Of a stretch of DNA of 64,000 nucleotides, positions 29,439 through 39,085 are shown one piece after another (the stretch's first letter is position 1; every line of letters begins with the position of its first letter). The notes beneath the pieces were generated by a model, which saw nothing but the letters and a program-made list of their open reading frames with translations, ran no database searches and had not been told where the DNA came from. Made by a program: the position numbers and the translations under genes. This stretch comes from an uncultured Pseudomonadota bacterium. Its GTDB lineage: Bacteria; Babelota; Babeliae; Babelales; CAIQNR01. Location of the stretch: contig CAZMYL010000002.1 in assembly GCA_964570505.1 (NCBI GenBank), positions 118,608 to 182,607 on the forward strand. Reading direction: 5' to 3'.

Positions 29439-31600
29439 GACAAATATTTTTAGAAAATGGATCACTGGTTGTTCATAATGTTGCTCAACCTTCTTTAGAA
29501 GAAAACTCAATTTTAGTATCTGTCCATTATTCATTTATTAGTTCTGGAACAGAAGCTGCAACAATATCAAATGCTCAACAAAGTCCTTTATTTACTAACA
29601 TTCCTCATAAAATAAAAGCCGTGTTAAAATCGCTTGCTCAAAATGGAGTAGAAGGAACTCAGGCCCTTATTAGTAGTAGATTAAAAGGAACGTTGCAGCC
29701 ATTGGGCTATTCATGCTCTGGTAAAGTAATTGCTGTTGGTAAAAAAGTTACTAAATTTAGATTGGGAGACTTTGTTGCATGCGCAGGAGCAGGATGGGCA
29801 AATCATGCTGATGTAGTATGTGTTCCAGAAAACTTGGTAGTAGCAGTTCCTGATGAATCTACAATGAAATATGCAAGCATCACAACTATTGGAGCAATTG
29901 CTTTACAAGGTGTTAGGCGAGCACAGGTTCAACTTGGCGAGATTGTTGCAGTTGTTGGGTTAGGCCTTCTTGGTCAAATAACTGTTGAGTTATTAAAAAA
30001 TGCAGGTTGCGTTGTTATAGGAATAGATTTTTTAGAAGATCGTTTGCAACTGGCAAAAGAACTTGGCGCTGACTATGTTTTTACTAGTTCTGATCAAGTT
30101 TATAAAGAGCTTGAGTTTTTAACAAAACATAAAGGTGTTGACTGTACTTTAATTACTGCTGCAACAGAAAGTAGCGAAGTTGTACAATCAGCAATGGAAT
30201 ATACTCGTCGTAAAGGTCGTGTAGTCGTAGTAGGAGATGTTGGACTTAATTTACAAAGAAATCCTTTGTATAAAAAAGAAATTGATTTTTTAATTTCGTG
30301 TTCTTACGGTCCTGGTCGTTACGATACAACATACGAAGTAGAGGGCTATGATTATCCTTATGAATACGTAAGATGGACAGAAAATAGAAATATGGAAGCT
30401 ATAGTTTCTTTGATTAAAAATAAAAAGCTTTCTGTTGAAAAAATTGCATCACAAGAATTTCATATAGAAGACGTTGCTCAAGCATATGAAAAAATAAAAT
30501 CAAAAGAAGCGCTTGGAATTATTTTAAAATATACACCAAAAAGTGATATTGCCTTTATTCCTGCAGTGAAAAATGTTTCAAAAGAAAAAATTATAAAATT
30601 TCCTAATTTTACCGAAAAGCAAAATATTAGAGTTGGATTTATAGGTGTTGGAGGTTTTGCACAAGTAAAATTATTACCTGTTGTTTCTAAAGTTAAGAAT
30701 GTTAAAATTTCAGCAATTGTTGATGCAAATATTGCTAATGCAGAAAACACAAGTCGTACTTATGGTGCTGCTTTTTCATTAGTTAATGATGCTGAGCTTT
30801 TTGAAAAAGATTTAGTGGATGCTGTTGTTATTGCATCTCCACATAGTTTTCATTGCAATCAAATTATTGAAGCATTGAAAAACGGTAAAGCTGTTTTTGT
30901 AGAAAAGCCGATGGTTACCACTTTTGAACAACATGAAAAATTGAGTGCCTTTTTAAAAAAACATCCGGATGTTCCTTTTTGTGTTGATTACAATCGATCA
31001 TTTGCTCCTTTTATACAAAAAATAAAACACGAAATAACACATAGAAAAACTCCTGTAATTATTAGATATCGTATGAATTCAGGATATATTCCTGGAAGCC
31101 ATTGGGTGCAAACCGATATGGGTGCTGGAAGATTGATAGGTGAAGCTTGTCATATTTTTGATTTATTTTGTTTTTTAACAGATTCTCAAGTTTCAAGTGT
31201 TTCTGCAGAAGCAATTAAGCCTTTAAGTGACAATCTGTTTCCGACAGATAATTTTTCTGTTCAAATTTCTTTTAAAGATGGTTCTTTGTGCTCATTGCTT
31301 TATACAGCATTAGGCCATAGTGATCTTGGTAAAGAACATATGGAAGTTTTTTATGATGGAAAATCTATAGTTATGGATGATTATAAAAAACTAGAAGGAT
31401 TTGGTGTTTCAAAAAGTTTTAATGAAATAATGACGTTTCAAGATAAAGGACATAATTTTATTATTAATAAATTTTTTAATGGATTGCGTACAGAAAATAA
31501 AACAATGCCAATTTCTATAGAACGTTTGAATACTGTTTCTGAACTTACTTTAATTATCGATAAGCTTGTATGCCAAGGTGGCGGAGAACAGCAATTTTGA
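29435..31600 (+). CDS. bi-domain oxidoreductase (MDR alcohol-dehydrogenase-like N-half + Gfo/Idh/MocA C-half)
   Basis: N-half GLGLLGQ NAD-binding motif in a zinc-ADH-like context. C-half VGFIGVGGFAQ Rossmann motif, plus EKP and a dimerisation region. There is a 4-nt overlap with wecC. Confidence 0.85.
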   Translation: MRQIFLENGSLVVHNVAQPSLEENSILVSVHYSFISSGTEAATISNAQQSPLFTNIPHKIKAVLKSLAQNGVEGTQALISSRLKGTLQPLGYSCSGKVIAVGKKVTKFRLGDFVACAGAGWANHADVVCVPENLVVAVPDESTMKYASITTIGAIALQGVRRAQVQLGEIVAVVGLGLLGQITVELLKNAGCVVIGIDFLEDRLQLAKELGADYVFTSSDQVYKELEFLTKHKGVDCTLITAATESSEVVQSAMEYTRRKGRVVVVGDVGLNLQRNPLYKKEIDFLISCSYGPGRYDTTYEVEGYDYPYEYVRWTENRNMEAIVSLIKNKKLSVEKIASQEFHIEDVAQAYEKIKSKEALGIILKYTPKSDIAFIPAVKNVSKEKIIKFPNFTEKQNIRVGFIGVGGFAQVKLLPVVSKVKNVKISAIVDANIANAENTSRTYGAAFSLVNDAELFEKDLVDAVVIASPHSFHCNQIIEALKNGKAVFVEKPMVTTFEQHEKLSAFLKKHPDVPFCVDYNRSFAPFIQKIKHEITHRKTPVIIRYRMNSGYIPGSHWVQTDMGAGRLIGEACHIFDLFCFLTDSQVSSVSAEAIKPLSDNLFPTDNFSVQISFKDGSLCSLLYTALGHSDLGKEHMEVFYDGKSIVMDDYKKLEGFGVSKSFNEIMTFQDKGHNFIINKFFNGLRTENKTMPISIERLNTVSELTLIIDKLVCQGGGEQQF

Positions 31601-31857
31601 TAGTTAGTAAAACTATGACAAAAATTTTTTTGTCAGCATTTCTTTGCTTGTGGATTATGAATATTTTTGATTTATAATTTTATTATTGCAGTTGGCATGT
31701 TGTTTTTTAACTTTTTACTATATTTATATAACTGCACATAATTTATTAGGCTCTTGCTGCGCATTTTTAGCTTCTTGCTTATTTTTATCCTGCAGAGTAT
31801 CGTTTTAGTCGGCATTTTATTGAGACTATTTCGTTGTCATAGTAAAAAAGGAAGCAT

Positions 31858-32880
31858 ATGAAAGATGTTCGAGTACATGCTGTTATTTTAGCTGATGAAA
31901 GTGGCGAGCGTCTTTGGCCGTTAAGTCGTAAAACTCATCCTAAACAAACATTACCTTTTATTCAGGATACATCGCTTCTTGAGCAAACTATTGAAAGAAT
32001 TTCTTCCCATATTCCCCAGCAGCGTCGTTGGATTGTAACTAATGTAGAATGTGAAGATTTTATTGTAGAAAAAGTAGGCAGTCTTGTTGCTGGTGTTATT
32101 GTAGAACCAGAATTTAGAGATACAGCTGCAGCTATGCTTCTTGCTACATCATTAATTCTTCAACAAGATCCTGATGCTATATTGCTTTTTTTGCCATCTG
32201 ATCATTATATACCGCAAAAAGAACTGTTTTTAGAATTTGTACATCATGCAATAGATTATGTTTCTACGCATGAAAAAATTACTTTTTTTGGGGTTAGGCC
32301 TTTGCATCCTACTGCGGATTATGGATATATAGAATATGCTTTAACAGATACATATCCATGTAAGGTTAAGAATTTTTATGAAAATCCAACAACAGAGTCT
32401 GCTTATGGGTATTTTCGTGCTGGATGTATATGGAATACTCGTATATCAGCTATGAGTGGGAAAGTTTTTGTAAATATTGTAAAAGAAATTGCAATAGAGG
32501 TTTTTGAAGCAGTTACTAATTATGTTGAAGGGTGCGGTGATTATGCAGAAGCTCCTTCACTTTCTTTTGAATCGCTTTTTATCAATAATACTGATTATAT
32601 TACTGTATTGCCATCTGATTTTATTTGGCAGGATATTGGAAATTTAGAAAAATTTTTATCTTTAAAAAATTCGCTTCATTCAGAAGAAAATCTGATACAA
32701 ATTGATGCAAAAGACAACTTAGTAGAAGCTGAAGGATCTTTGGTTGCAGTAGTTGGGGTTGATAATATTTGTGTCATAAAAAAAGATGATATTTTATTAA
32801 TAGTTCATCGTGATCAGGTTGAAAAAGTAAAACAAATTATAGATACGCTTAAAAAAGGCCATAAAGAGGAATATTTATAA
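31858..32880 (+). CDS. sugar-1-phosphate nucleotidyltransferase (mannose-1-P guanylyltransferase-like)
   Basis: AVILADESGERLWPLSRKTHPKQ (GxGxRLxPLS) and GYIEY. At 340 aa it has no PMI/cupin extension. Confidence 0.85.
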   Translation: MKDVRVHAVILADESGERLWPLSRKTHPKQTLPFIQDTSLLEQTIERISSHIPQQRRWIVTNVECEDFIVEKVGSLVAGVIVEPEFRDTAAAMLLATSLILQQDPDAILLFLPSDHYIPQKELFLEFVHHAIDYVSTHEKITFFGVRPLHPTADYGYIEYALTDTYPCKVKNFYENPTTESAYGYFRAGCIWNTRISAMSGKVFVNIVKEIAIEVFEAVTNYVEGCGDYAEAPSLSFESLFINNTDYITVLPSDFIWQDIGNLEKFLSLKNSLHSEENLIQIDAKDNLVEAEGSLVAVVGVDNICVIKKDDILLIVHRDQVEKVKQIIDTLKKGHKEEYL

Positions 32881-32881
32881 T

Positions 32882-34840
32882 ATGTGTGGATTTGCTGGTT
32901 ATATAAAAACAACATCAAAAGAATTTTTAATTGATGAGAAAATATTTGAATCTATTCATACACGTATTGCTCATAGAGGTCCTAATGCGCATAAAGTATG
33001 GTTTGATAAAGATTTAGAAATTGCACTTATTCATAGAAGATTAAGCATAGTTGATTTAACAGATGCTGGTATTCAGCCAATGTTTGATAAAGAGAAATCT
33101 GTTGTCATTTGTTTTAATGGGGAAATTTATAATTATAAATCATTGCAAAAAGAGCTTGAAAATCTTGGTTATACATTCGTATCAAAGTCTGATACAGAAG
33201 TTTTTTTATATGCATTTAAAGAATGGGGCATTGCTTGTCTTGATAAGTTAGAAGGAATGTTTTCTGGTCTTGTAGGTAATTTAAAAACAGAAGAATGGTT
33301 TTTATTTAGAGATCGTATGGGTATTAAACCGCTTTACTTTTCAGTTGAAGGTGGATATATAAGTTTTGCTTCAGAAATTAAAGCACTTACAGAACTTCCT
33401 TGGATTAAAAAAGAGCTGAATCAGCGTGGTGTTTATCATTATTTAACGTATATGGTAACACCAGCTCCTTTAACTTTTTATCAAGGTATTTATAAGCTGC
33501 CAGCTGCTCATTATATTAAAATTGATAGTCATAAAAAAGTGACATTTCATGAATGGTATTCATTTTTAAAGCCAAGCATTATTTATGATAAAAAAGATCT
33601 TAATAATGAAGAATTTTGTGTAACAACTATTCGATCTTTATTAAAAGAAGCTGTCCAAAAGCGTATGATAGCAGATGTTCCCTTTGGTGTTTTTTTATCG
33701 GGGGGTATTGATTCTAGTTTAAACGTTGCCTTAATGTCTGAATTTACCGATAAAGTTAAAACATTTAATGTTTCTTTTTCAGATGGGCCTGAATATTGCG
33801 AAGTTGAATGGGCTCGCAAAGTATCAAAAATATATAATACAGAACATCATGAAATTACTATTTCAGAAAAAGAAGCATTTGAATTTTTTGAAAAAATGGT
33901 TGATTTTCAGGATGAACCAATTGCTGATTGTGTGTGTATTCCATTGTATTATGTATCAAAATTATTAAAAGATTCAGGTGTTACAGTTGTTCAAGTTGGT
34001 GAAGGTTCAGATGAACTTTATTGTGGTTATCAAAATTATGTTAATTATGTAGATGCTTATAAGAAATATTATCAACCGGCTCGTTACATACCTCAATCAA
34101 TAAAGCAGGCAGGTGTTTGGCTTGCAGCACAAGCATTTCCTACAAAGACTTATCATAGAGCTCTTCTTGAACAATGGGCGTCAGGCCGCCATCTTTTTTG
34201 GAGTGGCGCAATGGCTTTTCAGGAGTTACAGAAAAAAACTTTATATACAAAAATTAATCAACATGATTATGACCCTATTCTTGAAAAAATTTATCCTGGA
34301 TTTGATCAATCATTTGATAGCTATGCAATTGTTGATTATCATTTAAAAAAATTGTATCAAGAAGATCCGCATGCTGATTTTTTAAAATCAATTACTTATT
34401 TAGAATTAAAACAACGTCTTCCAGAGCTTCTTTTAATGCGTGTTGATAAAATGACTATGGCAACTTCGGTTGAAGGGAGAGTTCCCTTTTTAGATCATAA
34501 ACATGTTGAATTTGCGCTTCAAATTCCTAGCCATTTAAAATATAAAAATGGTCAAGCTAAATACATTCTTAAAAAAGCATGTGAAGGTATTTTACCTCAT
34601 GACGTTATTTATCGTAAAAAGGTTGGCTTTGCTGCTCCTATTACACGATGGTTTAAGGAAGGCAATTATTTTAGGCCTTATTTTAAAGATCTTTTAATAA
34701 AAAAAATGAAAAAAAATTCATCGTTTTTAAATCAATATGAAATTGAATCTATGTTAAATAAAACAGAATGTGGAACAATTGACCACTCAGTTCACTTATG
34801 GGTAACTCAAAACCTTTTAGCTCATGAGTTGATAGGTTAA
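32882..34840 (+). CDS. asparagine synthase-like glutamine amidotransferase (WbpS/AsnB-type)
   Basis: The N-terminal MCGFAGY places the nucleophile Cys at position 2. PP-loop SGGIDSS. Confidence 0.92.
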   Translation: MCGFAGYIKTTSKEFLIDEKIFESIHTRIAHRGPNAHKVWFDKDLEIALIHRRLSIVDLTDAGIQPMFDKEKSVVICFNGEIYNYKSLQKELENLGYTFVSKSDTEVFLYAFKEWGIACLDKLEGMFSGLVGNLKTEEWFLFRDRMGIKPLYFSVEGGYISFASEIKALTELPWIKKELNQRGVYHYLTYMVTPAPLTFYQGIYKLPAAHYIKIDSHKKVTFHEWYSFLKPSIIYDKKDLNNEEFCVTTIRSLLKEAVQKRMIADVPFGVFLSGGIDSSLNVALMSEFTDKVKTFNVSFSDGPEYCEVEWARKVSKIYNTEHHEITISEKEAFEFFEKMVDFQDEPIADCVCIPLYYVSKLLKDSGVTVVQVGEGSDELYCGYQNYVNYVDAYKKYYQPARYIPQSIKQAGVWLAAQAFPTKTYHRALLEQWASGRHLFWSGAMAFQELQKKTLYTKINQHDYDPILEKIYPGFDQSFDSYAIVDYHLKKLYQEDPHADFLKSITYLELKQRLPELLLMRVDKMTMATSVEGRVPFLDHKHVEFALQIPSHLKYKNGQAKYILKKACEGILPHDVIYRKKVGFAAPITRWFKEGNYFRPYFKDLLIKKMKKNSSFLNQYEIESMLNKTECGTIDHSVHLWVTQNLLAHELIG

Positions 34841-34842
34841 TT

Positions 34843-35514
34843 ATGAACCAAAAATTGATACTATATCTTCGCACAGATATATGCGATCAAGAGCTTTTGG
34901 CAGGTGGTTCTGTTGCTCATACAGTAGGAGTAATTACAGGATTTGCTTCGCTTGGGTATTCAATTTTTTGCGCTTCATCATCTATGCATAAAATTCTTAA
35001 AAAATTACCTCTTTTTCAGTTTGTAAAACTTTCAAATCCACAAATATTTTATTTTTTTCGATGGAAAGTAAATTGTTTTTTGTCTTCATATTTTTTCTTT
35101 GTAATTATTATTTTTAAGCTTAAAAATAAAGACCTTGAGTTTATTTACCAACGATATAGTCTCTTGAACATGACTGGCGTATTACTTGCTTGGTGGTATA
35201 AAAAAAAATTAATTCTTGAGTATAACGGGTCAGAAGTTTGGATTGTAAATAATTGGTCTAAAAAGAAACGATGGATAAAGTTTGAGTGGTTAATGAAGCG
35301 TGTAGAGTTTATAAACCTGCACAAAGCAGATGCGATTGTAGTGGTATCTCAAGTTCTTAAAGAAGAACTTATTCAGTTTGGTGTAGAAGAAAAAAAGATT
35401 CTAGTAAATCCTAACGGCGTTAATACTGATCTTTTTAGACCATCTCATTATGAGGCAAAAGAATATGCAAATAATTATTACATCAAAAAAGAGTTGGAAA
35501 AACATAATCTCTGA
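34843..35514 (+). pseudogene. glycosyltransferase fragment: N-terminal half of a GT4-like paralog of 39066-40355
   Basis: LILYLRTDICDQELLAGGSVAHTVGVITGF and ILVNPNGV align with the 429-aa paralog. Similarity stops at about nt 35440, and the last ~25 codons run out of frame into wzm. The whole C-terminal nucleotide-sugar domain is absent. Confidence 0.6.
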
Positions 35515-36277
35515 ATTGTGGGACTATAGAGAAGTTTTTATTTTTCTTGGTTGGCGTGATATTTTAGTGCAATATAAACAGACTTCTTTGGGTGTAGCAT
35601 GGGTTATTTTACGACCGCTTCTGACCGTTACTATTTTTACTGTAATTTTTAGTCGTATTGCTGGTATAGATTCTCAAGGAGCTCCCTATCCATTAATGGT
35701 ATTTTCTGGAATGCTTGTATGGCAATTTTTTGCAGATATGTTGACCTTTGGGAGTAATTGTTTTTTGGCAAATCAACAACTTATTTCAAAAGTTTATTTT
35801 CCTCGATTATTACTTCCTGCAAGTCGTGTATTGTGTAGTTTAGTTGATTTTTGTATAGCATTTACATTTTATATCCTTTTATCTGTTATTAGATATCATG
35901 TTATTCCTCCAATTAATTTTTTTTTGCTTCCTATTTTTTTATTATGGCTAGTTGTTTTTGCTTTTAGTATTAGTCTTTTTTCTGCATCACTTATTGTATG
36001 TTATCGTGATTTTCGTCATGTTATTCCATTTGCAACACAACTTGGAGTCTATATAACTCCTGTTGGATTTAGCCTATCAATGGCACCACGGTATGTTCAG
36101 TATATTTTGGCATGTAATCCTTTAACAGGCATTATTAATGGATTTCGTTATGCACTTTTTGGAGAGCTTCTTGTTCCAGAGGTAATAGGCATTTCATTAT
36201 TAATGACTCTTGTTTGTGCAGTTTTTAGCATAGTTTATTTTAAATCAGTAGAAGGCGCTTTTGCTGATAAAATTTGA
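35465..36277 (+). CDS. wzm: ABC-2 type polysaccharide export permease
   Basis: ELWDYREVFIFLGWRDILVQYKQTSLG N-terminal signature and 6 TM helices. The start is set at ATG 35465. Confidence 0.85.
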   Translation: MQIIITSKKSWKNIISELWDYREVFIFLGWRDILVQYKQTSLGVAWVILRPLLTVTIFTVIFSRIAGIDSQGAPYPLMVFSGMLVWQFFADMLTFGSNCFLANQQLISKVYFPRLLLPASRVLCSLVDFCIAFTFYILLSVIRYHVIPPINFFLLPIFLLWLVVFAFSISLFSASLIVCYRDFRHVIPFATQLGVYITPVGFSLSMAPRYVQYILACNPLTGIINGFRYALFGELLVPEVIGISLLMTLVCAVFSIVYFKSVEGAFADKI

Positions 36278-36286
36278 GAAAAATAT

Positions 36287-37549
36287 ATGAATGCAATAAA
36301 GGTTGAAAACCTTACAAAAATATATAATGTAGCTGATTCTCAAGAAGGAACAATAGGATTTAGAGAGCTTATATCTCAGCAATTTTTATCTTTATTTTCT
36401 AAACAAGAAAAAACAAATTCTTTTTACGCTTTAAATGATGTTTCATTTGAAGTTAAGCCTGGAGAAGTACTTGGTATTATTGGAAAAAATGGTTCAGGCA
36501 AAAGTACATTGCTTAAAATTTTAAGCCGTATTACGGCTCCTACAAGTGGTAAAGTAACTATCAATGGTCGAGTTGCGAGTTTACTGGAAGTAGGAACTGG
36601 CTTTCATGAAGATCTTACTGGTCGTGAAAATATTTTTATGAGTGGAATTATTCTTGGTATGAAGCGCTGGGAAGTATATAAATATTTTGACGAAATTGTT
36701 GCATTTGCAGGGGTTGAAAAATTTATTGACACTCCTGTTAAAAAATATTCTTCAGGAATGCGCTTAAGATTAGCATTTTCTGTTGCCGCGCATCTTCAAC
36801 CAGAAATACTGTTGATAGACGAAGTTCTTGCAGTTGGAGATTATGAGTTTGAAAAAAAATGTATAGGACTTATGGAATCAGTTGCTAGCACTGGTAGAAC
36901 AATTTTATTTGTTTCTCATAATTTTGCTGTTGTTCGAAGATTATGTAAAAAGGCTATTTTGTTATCTCAAGGTAAGTTACTGTTTAGTGGGCTTACTAAT
37001 GATGCAATTTCAAAGTACATGATTGGACATAAAAAAGAAAAAGGTTCTATTGTATGGGATCAAGCAAATCTTCCCGGAGATGAATATATAACTATTAACT
37101 CAGTAAAAACATTTTGCACGAAGGGTCAATTACAAGAAATTTTTATGTCTGATGAAGAGATTTTAATAAGTGTCGATTATAGTGTTTTAAAAGAGCAAGA
37201 GCCTTTTTCTATTATGTTTTGGTTCTATAATGATGAAGGTGTTTTAATATTTTCATCTCTTGATACAGTAAATCCTGATTGGCATGATAGAAAACGAAAT
37301 GTTGGATCTTATGTAAGTACATGTAAAATTCCAAAATTTTTATTCAATCCAGGAAATATCTTTGTATCACTTTATATTGCAACTCCAACAAAAGGTTGGA
37401 GGTTTGTGATTCATGAAGTTATTAGTTTTTTGGTAGTTCAACCATTTGAAAATAAAAAAATTGTTGGAGATTGGAGATGGGCATGGCCAAATGTTGTAAT
37501 CCAACCTTGTATAGAATGGGATGTTCTTTATAAAAGGGATAATGTTTAA
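36287..37549 (+). CDS. wzt: polysaccharide ABC transporter ATP-binding protein with C-terminal glycan-binding-type extension
   Basis: Walker A GKNGSGKST, signature YSSGMRLRLAF, Walker B LLIDEVLAVGD, then a ~170-aa beta-rich C-terminal domain as in Wzt proteins. Confidence 0.92.
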   Translation: MNAIKVENLTKIYNVADSQEGTIGFRELISQQFLSLFSKQEKTNSFYALNDVSFEVKPGEVLGIIGKNGSGKSTLLKILSRITAPTSGKVTINGRVASLLEVGTGFHEDLTGRENIFMSGIILGMKRWEVYKYFDEIVAFAGVEKFIDTPVKKYSSGMRLRLAFSVAAHLQPEILLIDEVLAVGDYEFEKKCIGLMESVASTGRTILFVSHNFAVVRRLCKKAILLSQGKLLFSGLTNDAISKYMIGHKKEKGSIVWDQANLPGDEYITINSVKTFCTKGQLQEIFMSDEEILISVDYSVLKEQEPFSIMFWFYNDEGVLIFSSLDTVNPDWHDRKRNVGSYVSTCKIPKFLFNPGNIFVSLYIATPTKGWRFVIHEVISFLVVQPFENKKIVGDWRWAWPNVVIQPCIEWDVLYKRDNV

Positions 37550-38316
37550 TGGAAAAAAATAAAAATACATCGAATAAAATGTTTTTTGATTTATATCATG
37601 AAACGCGTACTCAGTTTCTTGATATATCTGATAAAGATAAGCTTGATTGGTTTTCTTTTTATTATAAAGAAGTTTATGAATCGTATATTTCTCATAAATC
37701 TAAAAATTCTTCTATTTTAGATTTAGGTTGTAATAAAGGATATTTGTTAAAAACGCTTAAGGATGAAGGTTTTACAAATTTAACTGGTGTTGATTTATCA
37801 GTTCAAGATATAAAAATTGCTGAAAAAATTATTCCAGAAGCGCATCTTGTTGTAGATGATATTTACCATTTTTTAAAAACAACAGAACAATATTTTGATA
37901 TTATTTTTTTAAAGGCAGTCATTGAGCATTTAGAAAAAAACAGAGTAGTTGAATTATTGCAATTAATTTCTCAAAGACTTTCTCCAAAGGGTTTTGTTAT
38001 TATTGATGTGTATAATGCTGATTGGCTTTTTTCTAATCATGATCGCTATATGGACTTTACTCATGAAACAGGTTTTACAAAAGATAGCTTAAGGCAGGTT
38101 ATGTTATTTGCTTTTAAAATTGTAGAAGTTTCGACTATTGCCAGCCCTATTAATTTTAAAGCTTATAATGCTTCCAGATTATCTTCTTTCAAAGAATCAA
38201 TACGTTATTTAATTATGAGAAAAATTATAAAATTTTGTATTGAATCTATTGAGCCAGAAATGAAAGAAATTCCTTTTATGGATAGATTGTTGTTGGGTGT
38301 TGGAAAAAATGAATAA
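37549..38316 (+). CDS. class I SAM-dependent methyltransferase
   Basis: Motif I ILDLGCNKGY. ATG shares one nt with the wzt TAA. Confidence 0.8.
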   Translation: MEKNKNTSNKMFFDLYHETRTQFLDISDKDKLDWFSFYYKEVYESYISHKSKNSSILDLGCNKGYLLKTLKDEGFTNLTGVDLSVQDIKIAEKIIPEAHLVVDDIYHFLKTTEQYFDIIFLKAVIEHLEKNRVVELLQLISQRLSPKGFVIIDVYNADWLFSNHDRYMDFTHETGFTKDSLRQVMLFAFKIVEVSTIASPINFKAYNASRLSSFKESIRYLIMRKIIKFCIESIEPEMKEIPFMDRLLLGVGKNE

Positions 38317-38332
38317 TTAAGTCTGGTAATTT

Positions 38333-39085
38333 ATGGTTATACAAACAATATATGGTTCTTTGACTCGTTATGAGTGGATAAAAAATTTTCTTAATAAAAA
38401 TCAAATAATAATAGATCTTGGTTGTGGAACAGGAGCAATGATTACTCTTCCTTTATTAAAAGAAGGATATAATGTTTTTGGAATTGATTTATGCTCTAAA
38501 AGTATTGAATACGGAAAAGAGCTTTTTGTAAAAGAACAAATTTCTTCGGAGCGATTGATTTGTTCGGATCTTAAAGATGTTAATTTGCTTCCAGATGTAA
38601 TAATTCTTTCAGAGGTTTTGGAACATTTAAATGATAACCAATTTGATTCTTTAATGAAATTGTGTTTTCAAAAAATATCAAAAGATGGATTAATTTTAAT
38701 TACTGTACCAAATGGATGGGGTTTTTTTGAATTAGATAGTTATATTTGGTTTAAATTAAAACTAGGTAAATTTTTGTCTTGGTCTAAAATTGAAAATTTT
38801 TTGATTATTGCAAAAAATAAAATTTTAAAAAAAAATACAATTATTTCTATTCCTTCATCTCTTGACACTTCTCCTCATATTCAGCGTTTTACATATACTA
38901 AATTGCCTGAAAAGATAAAAAAATATGGGTTTAAAATTGTAGAAAAAAGGGGTGGCAGTTTAATAAGTGGGCCTTTATCTAATCTTTTATTTACAGGTTT
39001 TTCTACAATAATGAGCATTAATATGTTTTTAGGTAAAAAATTGCCGTATATAGCAGCAGACTTTTATGTTGCACTACAAAAATAA
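38333..39085 (+). CDS. class I SAM-dependent methyltransferase
   Basis: Motif I IIDLGCGTGAM, and an acidic loop FGIDL. Confidence 0.8.
   Translation: MVIQTIYGSLTRYEWIKNFLNKNQIIIDLGCGTGAMITLPLLKEGYNVFGIDLCSKSIEYGKELFVKEQISSERLICSDLKDVNLLPDVIILSEVLEHLNDNQFDSLMKLCFQKISKDGLILITVPNGWGFFELDSYIWFKLKLGKFLSWSKIENFLIIAKNKILKKNTIISIPSSLDTSPHIQRFTYTKLPEKIKKYGFKIVEKRGGSLISGPLSNLLFTGFSTIMSINMFLGKKLPYIAADFYVALQK

Noticed and set aside
31580-31591. ops/JUMPstart-like GGCGGAGAACAG near the glycan-locus gap
   Set aside because: It deviates from the GGCGGTAGnnTG consensus (the T is missing). It also lies inside the coding end of the bi-domain oxidoreductase rather than in a 5' leader.
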